From Phenylobacterium sp. (lineage in GTDB: Bacteria > Pseudomonadota > Alphaproteobacteria > Caulobacterales > Caulobacteraceae), in assembly GCF_035276905.1 (NCBI RefSeq), contig NZ_DATELG010000107.1, forward strand, positions 290-64,289: a stretch of 64,000 nucleotides of DNA, in the 5' to 3' direction. A program made the translations under genes and the position numbers. Under the pieces are notes generated by a model. It did not search any database. It saw only the letters and a program-made list of their open reading frames with translations, and had not been told where the DNA came from. How positions within the stretch are numbered: the stretch's first letter is position 1; each line of letters opens with the position of its first letter. Shown here piece after piece: positions 53,735 through 62,457 of the stretch.

Positions 53735-54781
53735 TCAGGCCCTCAGACGCCGTTTGAAGAAGCGGACGATGGCTTGATAGGCTTCGCTGGGCTCCGGCGC
53801 GGAGGCGTCGTAGTAGAAGCAATGGCCCAGACCGTCGAAGACGTGCAGGGACGAGTCCGCGCCCGCGCGGATCAGGGCCCGGTGGGCCGCAATGGCCGGG
53901 CTCATATCGAAGGCGCGGGTGGCGGTGAGGATCATGCTGGGCGGGAACTTCGCCAGCAGCGCCGGATCGCCGAGCGTCGGATCAACGAACGGGTCGTCGG
54001 CGCGCGCGGTCGAGAAATAGCCGAGCTTGGTGTTGAGCACGCCTGGGATCGGGGCCACGGGCGGAGCCGTGGCGGCGCCGATCGCGGCGAAGTAGTCGCT
54101 GTCGCCGTGGGAGAAGCCGCCCGCGCCGAACACCCCGATCGCGGCGGGCGCCGGCAAGCCGTCGGCGACGATCCTGTAGGCGGCCTGGAGCGACAGAATC
54201 CCGCCGGCCGACCCGCCATAGATCACGATGTTCTCCGGCGCGTGGTGCTGCAGCAGCTCTCGATAGACGGCGACGACATCGTCGGTGGCGGCCGGATATT
54301 TGTGCTCGTAACCCTGGCGGTAGTCGATCGAGACCACCTTCATTCCGGTCAGATGCGCCATCGGGATCGCTTCGATGCGTGAGACATAGCCGTAGCCCGA
54401 ACAGAACCCGCCGCCGTGCAGGTTCAGGAGGATCCGATCGGGATCGCAATTGGCCGGGATGAACGCCTCGCCTCGGACGCCGGCAAGGACGACGTCTCGC
54501 ATCTCGACGGGGAACTCGGCCAGCAGCTTCTCCGACAGCGGCCGGGCGAACATCTCGTCCAGGCCCGCGCGGAAGGCGTCGACCGCAGCCCTGTAGGCGT
54601 CGGGGACGTCGATCTTGTCGATGGCCGAGATGTCGATCGGCAGCGCCGCGGCAAGCGCCTGGGCCTGAGCCCGGGCGGTCGATGCGCTGAGGGCGGCGGA
54701 GATGGGCAGGCTGAAGGATGGAACCTGGATGGTTCCGTCGCTCTCGACCCTGGCTGCGGCTTTGGCGTCGTCAGTAGCCAT
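53735..54781 (-). CDS. alpha/beta hydrolase (HSL-type esterase/lipase)
   Basis: 348 aa with the HGGGF oxyanion motif (LNLHGGGFCSG) and YGGSAGG (GxSxG). Confidence 0.85.
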   Translation of the reverse strand: MATDDAKAAARVESDGTIQVPSFSLPISAALSASTARAQAQALAAALPIDISAIDKIDVPDAYRAAVDAFRAGLDEMFARPLSEKLLAEFPVEMRDVVLAGVRGEAFIPANCDPDRILLNLHGGGFCSGYGYVSRIEAIPMAHLTGMKVVSIDYRQGYEHKYPAATDDVVAVYRELLQHHAPENIVIYGGSAGGILSLQAAYRIVADGLPAPAAIGVFGAGGFSHGDSDYFAAIGAATAPPVAPIPGVLNTKLGYFSTARADDPFVDPTLGDPALLAKFPPSMILTATRAFDMSPAIAAHRALIRAGADSSLHVFDGLGHCFYYDASAPEPSEAYQAIVRFFKRRLRA

Positions 54782-54854
54782 GAGACCTTCCTCGACAGTC
54801 GTTCTGCGATGCTCGCAGGAGGCGGCGTCGCGTAACGCCGCCTCAACGCCTCGC

Positions 54855-55673
54855 TTAGGCGGAAAACTCGAACATCACGCCCAGGGTGGCGCTCGTCGGC
54901 AGTGCAAATCCATCGGGCGCGGCGGCGGCGCCCACCTGGATCCCACGCCGGGTGAAATAGTCGCGCGCCTGCTCAACGTCGCGCACGCCGTAGACGGTGG
55001 AGCGGATCCCCTGGCCGTGCTTGGCCAGATGGTCGCTCAGCGCGCCCTCCCCGTCCGGCGCGATCAGCTCGATGTGGGAGTCGCCGACCTTGAATCCCCG
55101 GGCACGGGCGCTCACGCCCGACCGTGGGGCCTCATAGGCGATCTCGGTGGCGAACAGACGCTGCAGGAAGGCGCTCGGGGCGTCCAGATCGTGGACCGCC
55201 ACCGTATAGGCCTTCAGGCCGGTCAAGCCGATGGGATGCTCGTCGCGCCAATAGTCCGCCGGCAGCATGCGCCGGCCCAGCAGCGGCCATTCGCGCTCGT
55301 GGAACGACTGGTCATAGAACTCGAACGACACGCCGAAGCAGTCGTCCGGGTGGGTGTGCACCGCGACCTTGATGTCGCGGGCGATGCGGACGCCGCAGGC
55401 GGCGATCGTCTCGCGCACCTCTTCCATGTCCGCCTGGTACTCGATCCCGAGCCAGTGGGGGCCATAACGGGCGTTGAGCAGGAATGCGTGCGGGACGAAC
55501 GGCTCGATGATCACGCCGCCAAAGGCGATCAGGGCGGCGCGCCATTCGGTCTGAGGCATGTCGAGCAGGAACTCCGCGCCGAACAGGTCGCGAAGACGGG
55601 CCATGCCGGCGTCAAAGTCCTCCAGCACGACATTCATATGATTTACCCGGAACGGGCGGATTCTGCGGGACAT
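54855..55673 (-). CDS. two-module VOC-family protein (glyoxalase/extradiol-dioxygenase superfamily)
   Basis: 272 aa from ATG 55673, preceded by GGGGAGG. It has two tandem VOC-like halves (VNHMNVVLEDFD... and LKAYTVAVHDLD...). I cannot tell from the sequence alone whether it is a ring-cleaving dioxygenase. Confidence 0.7.
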   Translation of the reverse strand: MSRRIRPFRVNHMNVVLEDFDAGMARLRDLFGAEFLLDMPQTEWRAALIAFGGVIIEPFVPHAFLLNARYGPHWLGIEYQADMEEVRETIAACGVRIARDIKVAVHTHPDDCFGVSFEFYDQSFHEREWPLLGRRMLPADYWRDEHPIGLTGLKAYTVAVHDLDAPSAFLQRLFATEIAYEAPRSGVSARARGFKVGDSHIELIAPDGEGALSDHLAKHGQGIRSTVYGVRDVEQARDYFTRRGIQVGAAAAPDGFALPTSATLGVMFEFSA

Positions 55674-55869
55674 TGTCTCAGCCTCCCCAGGGCGGGCAAT
55701 CTTGCTCGCCGACCAGCGCTTTAGTTCTGACATCTGGTGGAGTCGATCTACCGGCCTCCCGCCTCAGCTCAAATCAAGAGCGTGATTTCAGGCCCAGATG
55801 ACGTGCGCGGACCCATGCTGAATGGGATTGTGCCGGCTCGCCGTCACGCATTTTGGAGCTGAATTCGAA

Positions 55870-56655
55870 ATGGAAACGACATCGCTTCAACGGCTCCGCC
55901 TCGACGGCAAGGTGGCCGTGATCACCGGCGGCGCCCGCGGCGTCGGGCGGGGCGTCGCCAAGGTGTTCAGCGAGGCGGGCGCCTCAGTCGTCCTGACCGC
56001 GCGCACCCAGGCGGATCTCGACGTGGCCGTCGCGGAGATCAACGGCCAAGGCGGCCGCGCCGTCGCGGTCGCGGCCGACGCCAGCCAACGGGGCGACAAC
56101 GCGCGCACGGTCGAAACGGCGCTGGAGGCGTTCGGCAGGATCGACATCGTCGTCAACAACGCCGGCGGCGCCGGCCCGACGTCGTTCGAGGAGATCACGG
56201 AAGAGAAATTCCTCCATGATTTTCAGTTCAACGTCGTTTCAGCTTTCAGCCTCACGCAGCTCGCCGCGCCCCATCTGCGCAAGAGCCGAGGCGGCGCGGT
56301 CGTGAACATCTCCTCCCGGGCCTCGCAACTCGGCGGGCCGGGCTTCCTGACCTATAGCGTGGTGAAGGCGGGCCTGGAGCAGATGACGCGCATGCTGGCG
56401 AAAGATCTCGCGCCGGACATTCGCGTCAACGCCATCTCGCTCGGGATGATCTCGACGGATGCGCTCGCGGGCTATCTGGACACCCAGCCGGGCGCGCGTG
56501 AGCGCGTTCTGCGACAGATCCCATTGCAGCGGATCGGCGACGTCGGGGACATCGGGCTGGCCGCGCTCTTTCTCTGCGCCGAGAACGGCTACGCCACCGG
56601 CGCCGTCCTGAACATCGACGGCGGCATCGAGACGTCGCCCTCCCTGACGGGGTGA
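55870..56655 (+). CDS. short-chain dehydrogenase/reductase (SDR)
   Basis: 261 aa from ATG 55870, with VAVITGGARGVGRG, NNAG and YSVVKAG (YxxxK). Confidence 0.85.
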   Translation: METTSLQRLRLDGKVAVITGGARGVGRGVAKVFSEAGASVVLTARTQADLDVAVAEINGQGGRAVAVAADASQRGDNARTVETALEAFGRIDIVVNNAGGAGPTSFEEITEEKFLHDFQFNVVSAFSLTQLAAPHLRKSRGGAVVNISSRASQLGGPGFLTYSVVKAGLEQMTRMLAKDLAPDIRVNAISLGMISTDALAGYLDTQPGARERVLRQIPLQRIGDVGDIGLAALFLCAENGYATGAVLNIDGGIETSPSLTG

Positions 56656-56671
56656 GACTTGCAGAGCTCCC

Positions 56672-58213
56672 TTAGCCCGTCGTTCGACCGAGCCTGGCCT
56701 CCAGCATGCGCTCGAGCTGGCGTCGCGCCACCTTGTTGCTGGGCAGCATGGGCACCTCGTCCCGGCCGATGGCGACGTAGGCGCGCGGCACCTTGAAGCC
56801 GGAGAGGCGCTCTCGCAACTGCGCCTCTATGTCCCCGAAGTCGAGCGTCACGCCATCCCGCGCCACCACGGCCGCGACCACGATCTGCCCCCGCTCCGCG
56901 TCGGGCAGGCCGACGACGTAGGCGGAGTGCACGCCCTCGAGTTGCTGCATCTCCATTTCGACCTCGGCGGGAGACACGTTGGCGCTGGCTGTCTTGATCA
57001 TGTCGCCGCTGCGCCCCACGAAATGGATGCGCGTCCCGTCGCGCACCCCCAGGTCGCCGGTTCGATAAAATCCGTCAGGCTCGAAGACCTGCTCGCGCTC
57101 GACCTTGTGGAGACCCGGGGTGACGGCGAACCCGCGCACCTGGATCTCGCCCTGGCCGCCGTCTCCCACCTCGCCGCCGTCCCAGACGCGGACCTCGAAG
57201 CCGTCGGCGATGTGCTCAAGCGGAGAGGTCAGCGGGTAGCCCGGGACGCGCAGGGTGTCGGCGTAGGCGTACGGCCCCAAGGTCTCGGTCATGCCGATCG
57301 ACCAGATGACCTCGTCCGAGGGCGCCGGCCGCAGATCCTCCTCGGCCAGCACGCTGCCCATGGCCTTGCGGCTGTTGGTGGAGGTCCGTTCCGGGCAGGC
57401 GGTGGTCACGCCATGCGCCCAGTTGGGCAACAGCATGAAGCCCAGCCCGCCGATCCAGAACATCGGCAGGGGCGAGGGCCGCCGCTGGCCGGGCTCGAGC
57501 CGCATCATCTCGGCGATGTAGAAGGTCCGCCGCATGAGCGGTCCGTGGAGGTGCTTGACCCCCTTCGGCAGGGCCATCGCCCCCGACGTATAGATCTCCA
57601 TGACCTGATCGGCGGGATGGACCTCGGATTCGATCGCCGCCAGCAACGCCTCGCTGACGCTCGGCGCGGCGTCGCTGAGATAGCCGGAGTCGTGAAAGCC
57701 GGCGGGAAGATCGCCTTCGGCGCAGAGGATCCAGCGCAGATATGGAGCCTCCGCGAGCCGCAGGTCAGGCCCGCTCGCCGTTCTCAGCCCGGGCAGCGCT
57801 TCACACAGGCGCTCCACATAGTCATGGCCGAGCAAGGATCGCTGGACGATAAGGCCCATGACGTCGGACTGCCGAAGCACGCGGACCAGCTCGTTGGCCT
57901 TGATCAGGGTGCTGATCGGCACGGCGATCGCGCCAATCCGCGCGATCGCCGCGAAGGTCACGGCGAACGACGGACCGTTGCCATAGATGAATCCCACGCG
58001 CGCGCCCTTGCCCACGCCGCGCGCGATCAGCCCGCGCGCCAGCTCGGCCGAACGCAGATCAAGCTCTGCGAAGGTCGCCGTCTCCTCGGCGGCGGCGTCG
58101 GACTCCAGACTGATCGCCACGGCGTCGCCGTAAGCCTGGGCCGCAGCCCGAACGAACTGTGGAAAGGTCTTCGCCGCGCGAAGATCGCGATGAAGAAAGC
58201 TCGCCCTATTCAT
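56672..58213 (-). CDS. AMP-dependent synthetase/ligase (acyl-CoA ligase)
   Basis: 513 aa, with an AMP-binding motif variant IYTSGAMALPKGV, plus YRTGDLG and the C-terminal PSNKVARRQL. Confidence 0.9.
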   Translation of the reverse strand: MNRASFLHRDLRAAKTFPQFVRAAAQAYGDAVAISLESDAAAEETATFAELDLRSAELARGLIARGVGKGARVGFIYGNGPSFAVTFAAIARIGAIAVPISTLIKANELVRVLRQSDVMGLIVQRSLLGHDYVERLCEALPGLRTASGPDLRLAEAPYLRWILCAEGDLPAGFHDSGYLSDAAPSVSEALLAAIESEVHPADQVMEIYTSGAMALPKGVKHLHGPLMRRTFYIAEMMRLEPGQRRPSPLPMFWIGGLGFMLLPNWAHGVTTACPERTSTNSRKAMGSVLAEEDLRPAPSDEVIWSIGMTETLGPYAYADTLRVPGYPLTSPLEHIADGFEVRVWDGGEVGDGGQGEIQVRGFAVTPGLHKVEREQVFEPDGFYRTGDLGVRDGTRIHFVGRSGDMIKTASANVSPAEVEMEMQQLEGVHSAYVVGLPDAERGQIVVAAVVARDGVTLDFGDIEAQLRERLSGFKVPRAYVAIGRDEVPMLPSNKVARRQLERMLEARLGRTTG

Positions 58214-58444
58214 GCAACGGCACTCCCGAGAACCATATCCTGCGCCTGCGACGGCTCCGCCGAGGCGCGGGACCGGCCTCTGACGACAACGCGTCCGTCC
58301 CCCGCCGCAATCGTTTCGCGGGCGCCTGGCGCGCCAAGCCTAAGCCGCTGCAGCGTCGATAGTCGCTTCGCGCCGATCCGATTTGCTGTCGGCATCCTTT
58401 GAATGGATACGGCATAACCCTATTTGGAAAAGACTTCGCCCGCA

Positions 58445-58461
58445 CGTATTCGCCGAATACG
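58445..58461. promoter_or_regulatory. 17-bp perfect palindrome CGTATTCG-C-CGAATACG
   Basis: Read directly, 34 nt after the KstD-like stop and about 230 nt upstream of the ligase start. A 1-nt spacer is too short for an RNA hairpin loop, which points to a protein-binding site. Confidence 0.45.
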
Positions 58462-58494
58462 GGAGGATATCATCCATATGATCAATCGAGTGCG

Positions 58495-60174
58495 CTACGC
58501 TGCTTCCGCAGCTCCGCCTCGTAGCCGAGCTGCGCCGACCGCGTGCTGCGCTGCGATGAAGCCGAACGTCATGGAGGCGCCGACGCTGGAGCCCGCGCCG
58601 ACATAGAACCGTCCCGTCACGCCGGCCGTGGAATTGCCGGTGGCGTAGAGGCCCTCGATCACCTCTCCCTGCGGCCGCAGGGCGCGAGCGAACTCGTCGG
58701 CGACGATGCCGCCCGCGGTCCCGACGTCTCCGGGGAAGATCTGCAGCGCATAGAACGGCGCCTCCTCGATCCCGCCTAGCGTCGGCACGGGCTTGTGGGT
58801 CGGGTCGGCGAACCATTGATCGTACTGCCTGGCGCCCCGGCCGAAGTCCTCGTCGACGCCCCGGCGCGCGAACCCGTTGAACCGCGCCACCGTGGCGGTC
58901 AGGCTCGCCGCGTCGAGGCCGCACTGGGCGGCCAAGCCCTCGAGGGTGTCGGCCTTCTTCAAGAAGCCGCTGTCCAGCCACTCCCTGGGCGTCACGCCCG
59001 GCATCTGGTGGGCCAGGAAGTAGTTCCGGCGATGTCGGCTGTCCAAGATCATCCAGCTTGGCACCGCCTGCGCTTGCGTGTGCCGCCTGTACATCTTCTG
59101 TCCCACCTCCATGTAGGAGGCGGCCTCGTTCATGTAGCGCTGGCCTGCGCCGTCGACGACGATGCAGTGCGGCTTGGCGGTGTCCGTCAGCACCATCACC
59201 CGTGGAGAGCGGTGCGGCCTGGGCGGAAGGGCCGTCGGAATCCACCACGCCTCCTCCATCAGGTCGACCGCCGCGCCGATGCGCATCGCCTCCTGGATCA
59301 TCTCGCCGGTGTCGCCCGGATTGGCGTGCGTCCAGTCGATCGACGCCGGCTTCGGCTGGTAGCGCTCGCGCATCTCCTTGTTGTGGGAAAATCCGCCGGC
59401 GTTGATCAGCACGCCGTTCCGTGCGCCGATGCATCGGTCGACGCCGTTCCAGGTCACCCTTACGCCGACCACCCGGCCGCCCTCGACCAGGAGCTCGCGC
59501 ACCGGGGCATCCGTGCGGATTTGTACGCCCGCCTTGACGGCGGCCTGGAGCATGCGTCCCTGCAAGGCGTAGCCGGCGCTCACCAGATGCTTGCCGGTCA
59601 ACTTCTGCAGCACGGATCGCAGAGCCACCTTCATCGCGAGCCACTTGGCGATCCAAGTGCGCTTGATCAGCACCATCTTCAAGCTCTCGTCGAAGCCAAT
59701 CGGCGAGGGGATCAGGCCCGGACGCAGCCTCGACTTCCATGGGCCAAGCTCGTTCAGGTCGAACAGCTCGGCGATAAGGGTCCGGCCCTCCGCGGTCCCT
59801 CCAGGGCGCTCGTCGTAGTAGTCGGAGTAGCCCTGCATGCGTTTGAACTTGAGCCCGTGCGCCAGTAGGAACTCGATCATCTTCGGCGATTGAGCGACAA
59901 AAGCCTTCCGCCGCGCGGCGCTGGCGCCGGGCCCGCAGTCGCCGAACTGCGTGAGGTAGGTCAGCGCCTTCGCCTGGCTGTCGGGCACGCCGTCCCGGGC
60001 GAGCAGCGGGTTGTCGGGCGCCCACAGGACGCCGCCGGACATGGCGGTTGAACCGCCGACCACCTCGGTCTTTTCCAGAACGAGCGGCTCCTTGCCGGCG
60101 GCCTTGACGACCAAGGCGGCGCAGAACGAGGGGGCGCCGCTGCCGACAATGACGAAATCAAAGACCTCGTCCAT
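58495..60174 (-). CDS. FAD-dependent dehydrogenase, KstD-like paralog of 36600-38324
   Basis: 559 aa from ATG 60174, preceded by GGGAGGAGGAG. Patterns: FDFVIVGSGAPSFCAAL...LEKTEVVGGSTAMSGGVLW and the C-terminal GDVGTAGGIVADEFARAL...IEGLYATGNSTAG. It is colinear with the other paralog throughout. Confidence 0.85.
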   Translation of the reverse strand: MDEVFDFVIVGSGAPSFCAALVVKAAGKEPLVLEKTEVVGGSTAMSGGVLWAPDNPLLARDGVPDSQAKALTYLTQFGDCGPGASAARRKAFVAQSPKMIEFLLAHGLKFKRMQGYSDYYDERPGGTAEGRTLIAELFDLNELGPWKSRLRPGLIPSPIGFDESLKMVLIKRTWIAKWLAMKVALRSVLQKLTGKHLVSAGYALQGRMLQAAVKAGVQIRTDAPVRELLVEGGRVVGVRVTWNGVDRCIGARNGVLINAGGFSHNKEMRERYQPKPASIDWTHANPGDTGEMIQEAMRIGAAVDLMEEAWWIPTALPPRPHRSPRVMVLTDTAKPHCIVVDGAGQRYMNEAASYMEVGQKMYRRHTQAQAVPSWMILDSRHRRNYFLAHQMPGVTPREWLDSGFLKKADTLEGLAAQCGLDAASLTATVARFNGFARRGVDEDFGRGARQYDQWFADPTHKPVPTLGGIEEAPFYALQIFPGDVGTAGGIVADEFARALRPQGEVIEGLYATGNSTAGVTGRFYVGAGSSVGASMTFGFIAAQHAVGAARLRGGAAEAA

Positions 60175-60274
60175 CACTCCTCCTCCCAGCGCCGCCCTTC
60201 TGGACCCACCGGCCAAGCGTGCGCTCGGGGCGAGTCTTCACAACGCCCCGCGCAAGTCCAGCCAATTTTAGTTT

Positions 60275-60285
60275 AATTTAAAATA
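60275..60285. promoter_or_regulatory. TATTTTAAATT box (read on minus strand), second copy
   Basis: The plus-strand sequence AATTTAAAATA at 60275-60285 lies in the 126-bp gap between the Rieske gene stop and the KstD-like gene start. Confidence 0.45.
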
Positions 60286-60300
60286 CATGGTCGAGCCGGC

Positions 60301-61353
60301 CTATTCGGCGGCGACCGAAGAGGATTGGCCCAAGCTCGCCTCCTCGGCGATTTTCCGCTTGAGCAGACGTCTCGCCATGACCCCTGCGGCGTCGGCCTTC
60401 AGGATGATCGGCTTCTGGTCGAGGAAATCGGTGCTTTCGCCCATGGCGGCCTGCTGAGCCTCGATCATCGGGCCATCCTGGGTCTGGAAGATCCTTTTGA
60501 CCATGGCCGCGGTGGCGCGGGTCGCCTCCTCGTCCGCTATGTTGAAGGTCCGGCCAGTGGCCCAGAAATAGTGGCTGCTGAACTCCGTCTCCGGCGTCAG
60601 GAGGTGCGCCGAAGGTGATTGGACACCCTCCTCTGGCGACCTGCCCCGCTCCCACCAGGCGGTGAGCACCAGGATGACGCCAGGGGCGCTCCAGCGCGAA
60701 TGCCCCTGACCTTCGATCCCGCTGGACGTGAAGCCATAGGCCTTTCGTCGGTCCTGGTCGAAATTGAGATCTGGCCGCCAGAGCATGGACCAGATGGTCT
60801 CGCCGTCGACCTGGACCTCGTTCTTGAAGCGCGCGAAGTCCCCGCCAAGGTCTATCTCGGGATGCAGATAGTGGACGTGGCTGAGATCGAGAAGATTATC
60901 GGCGATCAGCTGATAATTCGCCTTGATATGCAGATGTCCCTGCGCCGTGGCGAACCGTTCGTCGGTGATGAAGTCGAAGGTTGGAATCTTGGCGGGATCG
61001 GCCAGCTCCGGCCGCCCCATCCACAACCAGACCACTCCATGGCGCTCCACGGCGGGATAGGACTTCACGCACGGCTTGAGGACCGTGTTGTCGCGGTCGT
61101 TGGGCATGTCGACGCACGCGCCGTCGCTGCCGAAGCGCAATCCGTGATAGCCGCACTGCAGGCTGTCGCCGACGCGCGCGCCCAGGGAGAGCGGCACGAA
61201 GCGATGCGGGCACCGGTCCTGCAGCGCCGCGACCTCGCCGGACGAGGTGCGGAACATGACGACCGGCTCGTTGCAGATCTTGCGGCTGACCAGGGCGTCG
61301 TCGAGCTCGCCAGCGTTGGCCGCCACATACCAGGCGTTCCTCAGGAAGGGCAC
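60301..61353 (-). CDS. Rieske [2Fe-2S] oxygenase, VanA/KshA-type (class IA-like) oxygenase component
   Basis: 350 aa from GTG 61353, preceded by AAGGAG at a 6-nt spacing. The N-terminus (M)PFLRNAWYVAA is typical of this group. Rieske motif: CPHRFVPLSLGARVGDSLQCGYHGLRF. Iron motif: DLSHVHYLH. Confidence 0.85.
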   Translation of the reverse strand: MPFLRNAWYVAANAGELDDALVSRKICNEPVVMFRTSSGEVAALQDRCPHRFVPLSLGARVGDSLQCGYHGLRFGSDGACVDMPNDRDNTVLKPCVKSYPAVERHGVVWLWMGRPELADPAKIPTFDFITDERFATAQGHLHIKANYQLIADNLLDLSHVHYLHPEIDLGGDFARFKNEVQVDGETIWSMLWRPDLNFDQDRRKAYGFTSSGIEGQGHSRWSAPGVILVLTAWWERGRSPEEGVQSPSAHLLTPETEFSSHYFWATGRTFNIADEEATRATAAMVKRIFQTQDGPMIEAQQAAMGESTDFLDQKPIILKADAAGVMARRLLKRKIAEEASLGQSSSVAAE

Positions 61354-61448
61354 GGCGTTCTCCTTGCTCTCAACAACGGTCTGGAGCGATTTCGCGATAC
61401 GAAAGACCTCGCGCGGCCAAGCCGGACACAAGGCGCGGACCGCTGGCG

Positions 61449-61459
61449 ATAGGCTGACA
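61449..61459. promoter_or_regulatory. ATAGGCTGACA box, second exact copy
   Basis: Read directly, about 96 bp upstream of the Rieske oxygenase start on the minus strand. It is identical to 32137-32147. Confidence 0.45.
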
Positions 61460-61641
61460 TATATCGACGTGCGCGCATAGCAGTGAGACCGAATAGGCCA
61501 GCTTAGCTTTTGGTCTACTCCCGCACATTCGTCGAATCGCCGTCCGAAAGCTTCACATTCGCGGACTTCTGGCCGCAAAGACGTGGACCTATATCATAAA
61601 TAACTTACAGCCGCTGCCGAAGGTATCAGAGCGCGCCGGGC

Positions 61642-62427
61642 TCAAGCGGCGACGTAGCCGCCGTCGACCGGCAAGACGACCCCCGTGATGTTCCTGGCGA
61701 GATCCGACGCCAGGAACAGCGCCGCATTGGCCGCATCCTCGGGATCGATCGGGCGCCCAAGCGGCTGATACTTGCCGTAGGCGGCCTCTACCTCGGGCGT
61801 AATCTGCCGGTCCGGCGCGCCGTCCGGCCTGCCGAAATTGGTGGCCATCGCCGCGGGGCAGACGGCGTTCACCCGGATCCCGTGGCGGGCGTACTCTATG
61901 GCGAGGCCGCGGGTGATCTGAATCACCGCGCCTTTGGTCGCGCCATAGATCGAGCCGCCCCAGCCCACGAGGCCCGCGACCGAGCCGGTGTTGACGATCA
62001 CGCCCTGGCCGTCGGCCTGCTGAAGGAATTGCCGGATCGCCTGCCGACAGCCGTTGACGACGCCGCGGAAATTCACGTCCGACAGCAGTTCATAGTCTGC
62101 GTCGGTCGACTCGGCGAAACCGGCGGGGGCCGCGCCGGAGCGGCTGCTAGCGATCCCCACATTGTTGAAGATCACGTCGAGCCGGCCGTAGGCCTCGACG
62201 GCGGCGTCGATGGCGGCCTTGACCTGGGCTTCGTCCCGGACGTCGCAGGTCACCGCCCGCGCCGCAAAGCCCTCGGCCGCGACGCGAGCCGCGGTCTCCT
62301 GGTTGCGTTCCGGCACGAGGTCGGCGCAGATGATCGCCGCGCCATGACGGGCGAAGATCAACGCCGCGGCGCGTCCGACGCCCGACCCGGCGCCCATGAT
62401 CACGACCGACTTGCCTTTGAGCAGCAC
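61642..62427 (-). CDS. short-chain dehydrogenase/reductase (SDR)
   Basis: 261 aa with a GTG start after GGGGAGG. Patterns: VVIMGAGSGVGRA, NNVG and YGATKGA (YxxxK). Confidence 0.85.
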   Translation of the reverse strand: MLLKGKSVVIMGAGSGVGRAAALIFARHGAAIICADLVPERNQETAARVAAEGFAARAVTCDVRDEAQVKAAIDAAVEAYGRLDVIFNNVGIASSRSGAAPAGFAESTDADYELLSDVNFRGVVNGCRQAIRQFLQQADGQGVIVNTGSVAGLVGWGGSIYGATKGAVIQITRGLAIEYARHGIRVNAVCPAAMATNFGRPDGAPDRQITPEVEAAYGKYQPLGRPIDPEDAANAALFLASDLARNITGVVLPVDGGYVAA

Positions 62428-62457
62428 CGACGCCTCCCCTTCCGTGATCGTTGCGGA

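Noticed and set aside
58340-60025. 561-aa minus-strand ORF in a different frame from the KstD-like gene
   Set aside because: It is an alternative frame of the same strand, with an R/G/P-rich translation. The annotated frame has the FAD GxGxxG motif and is paralogous to 36600-38324.
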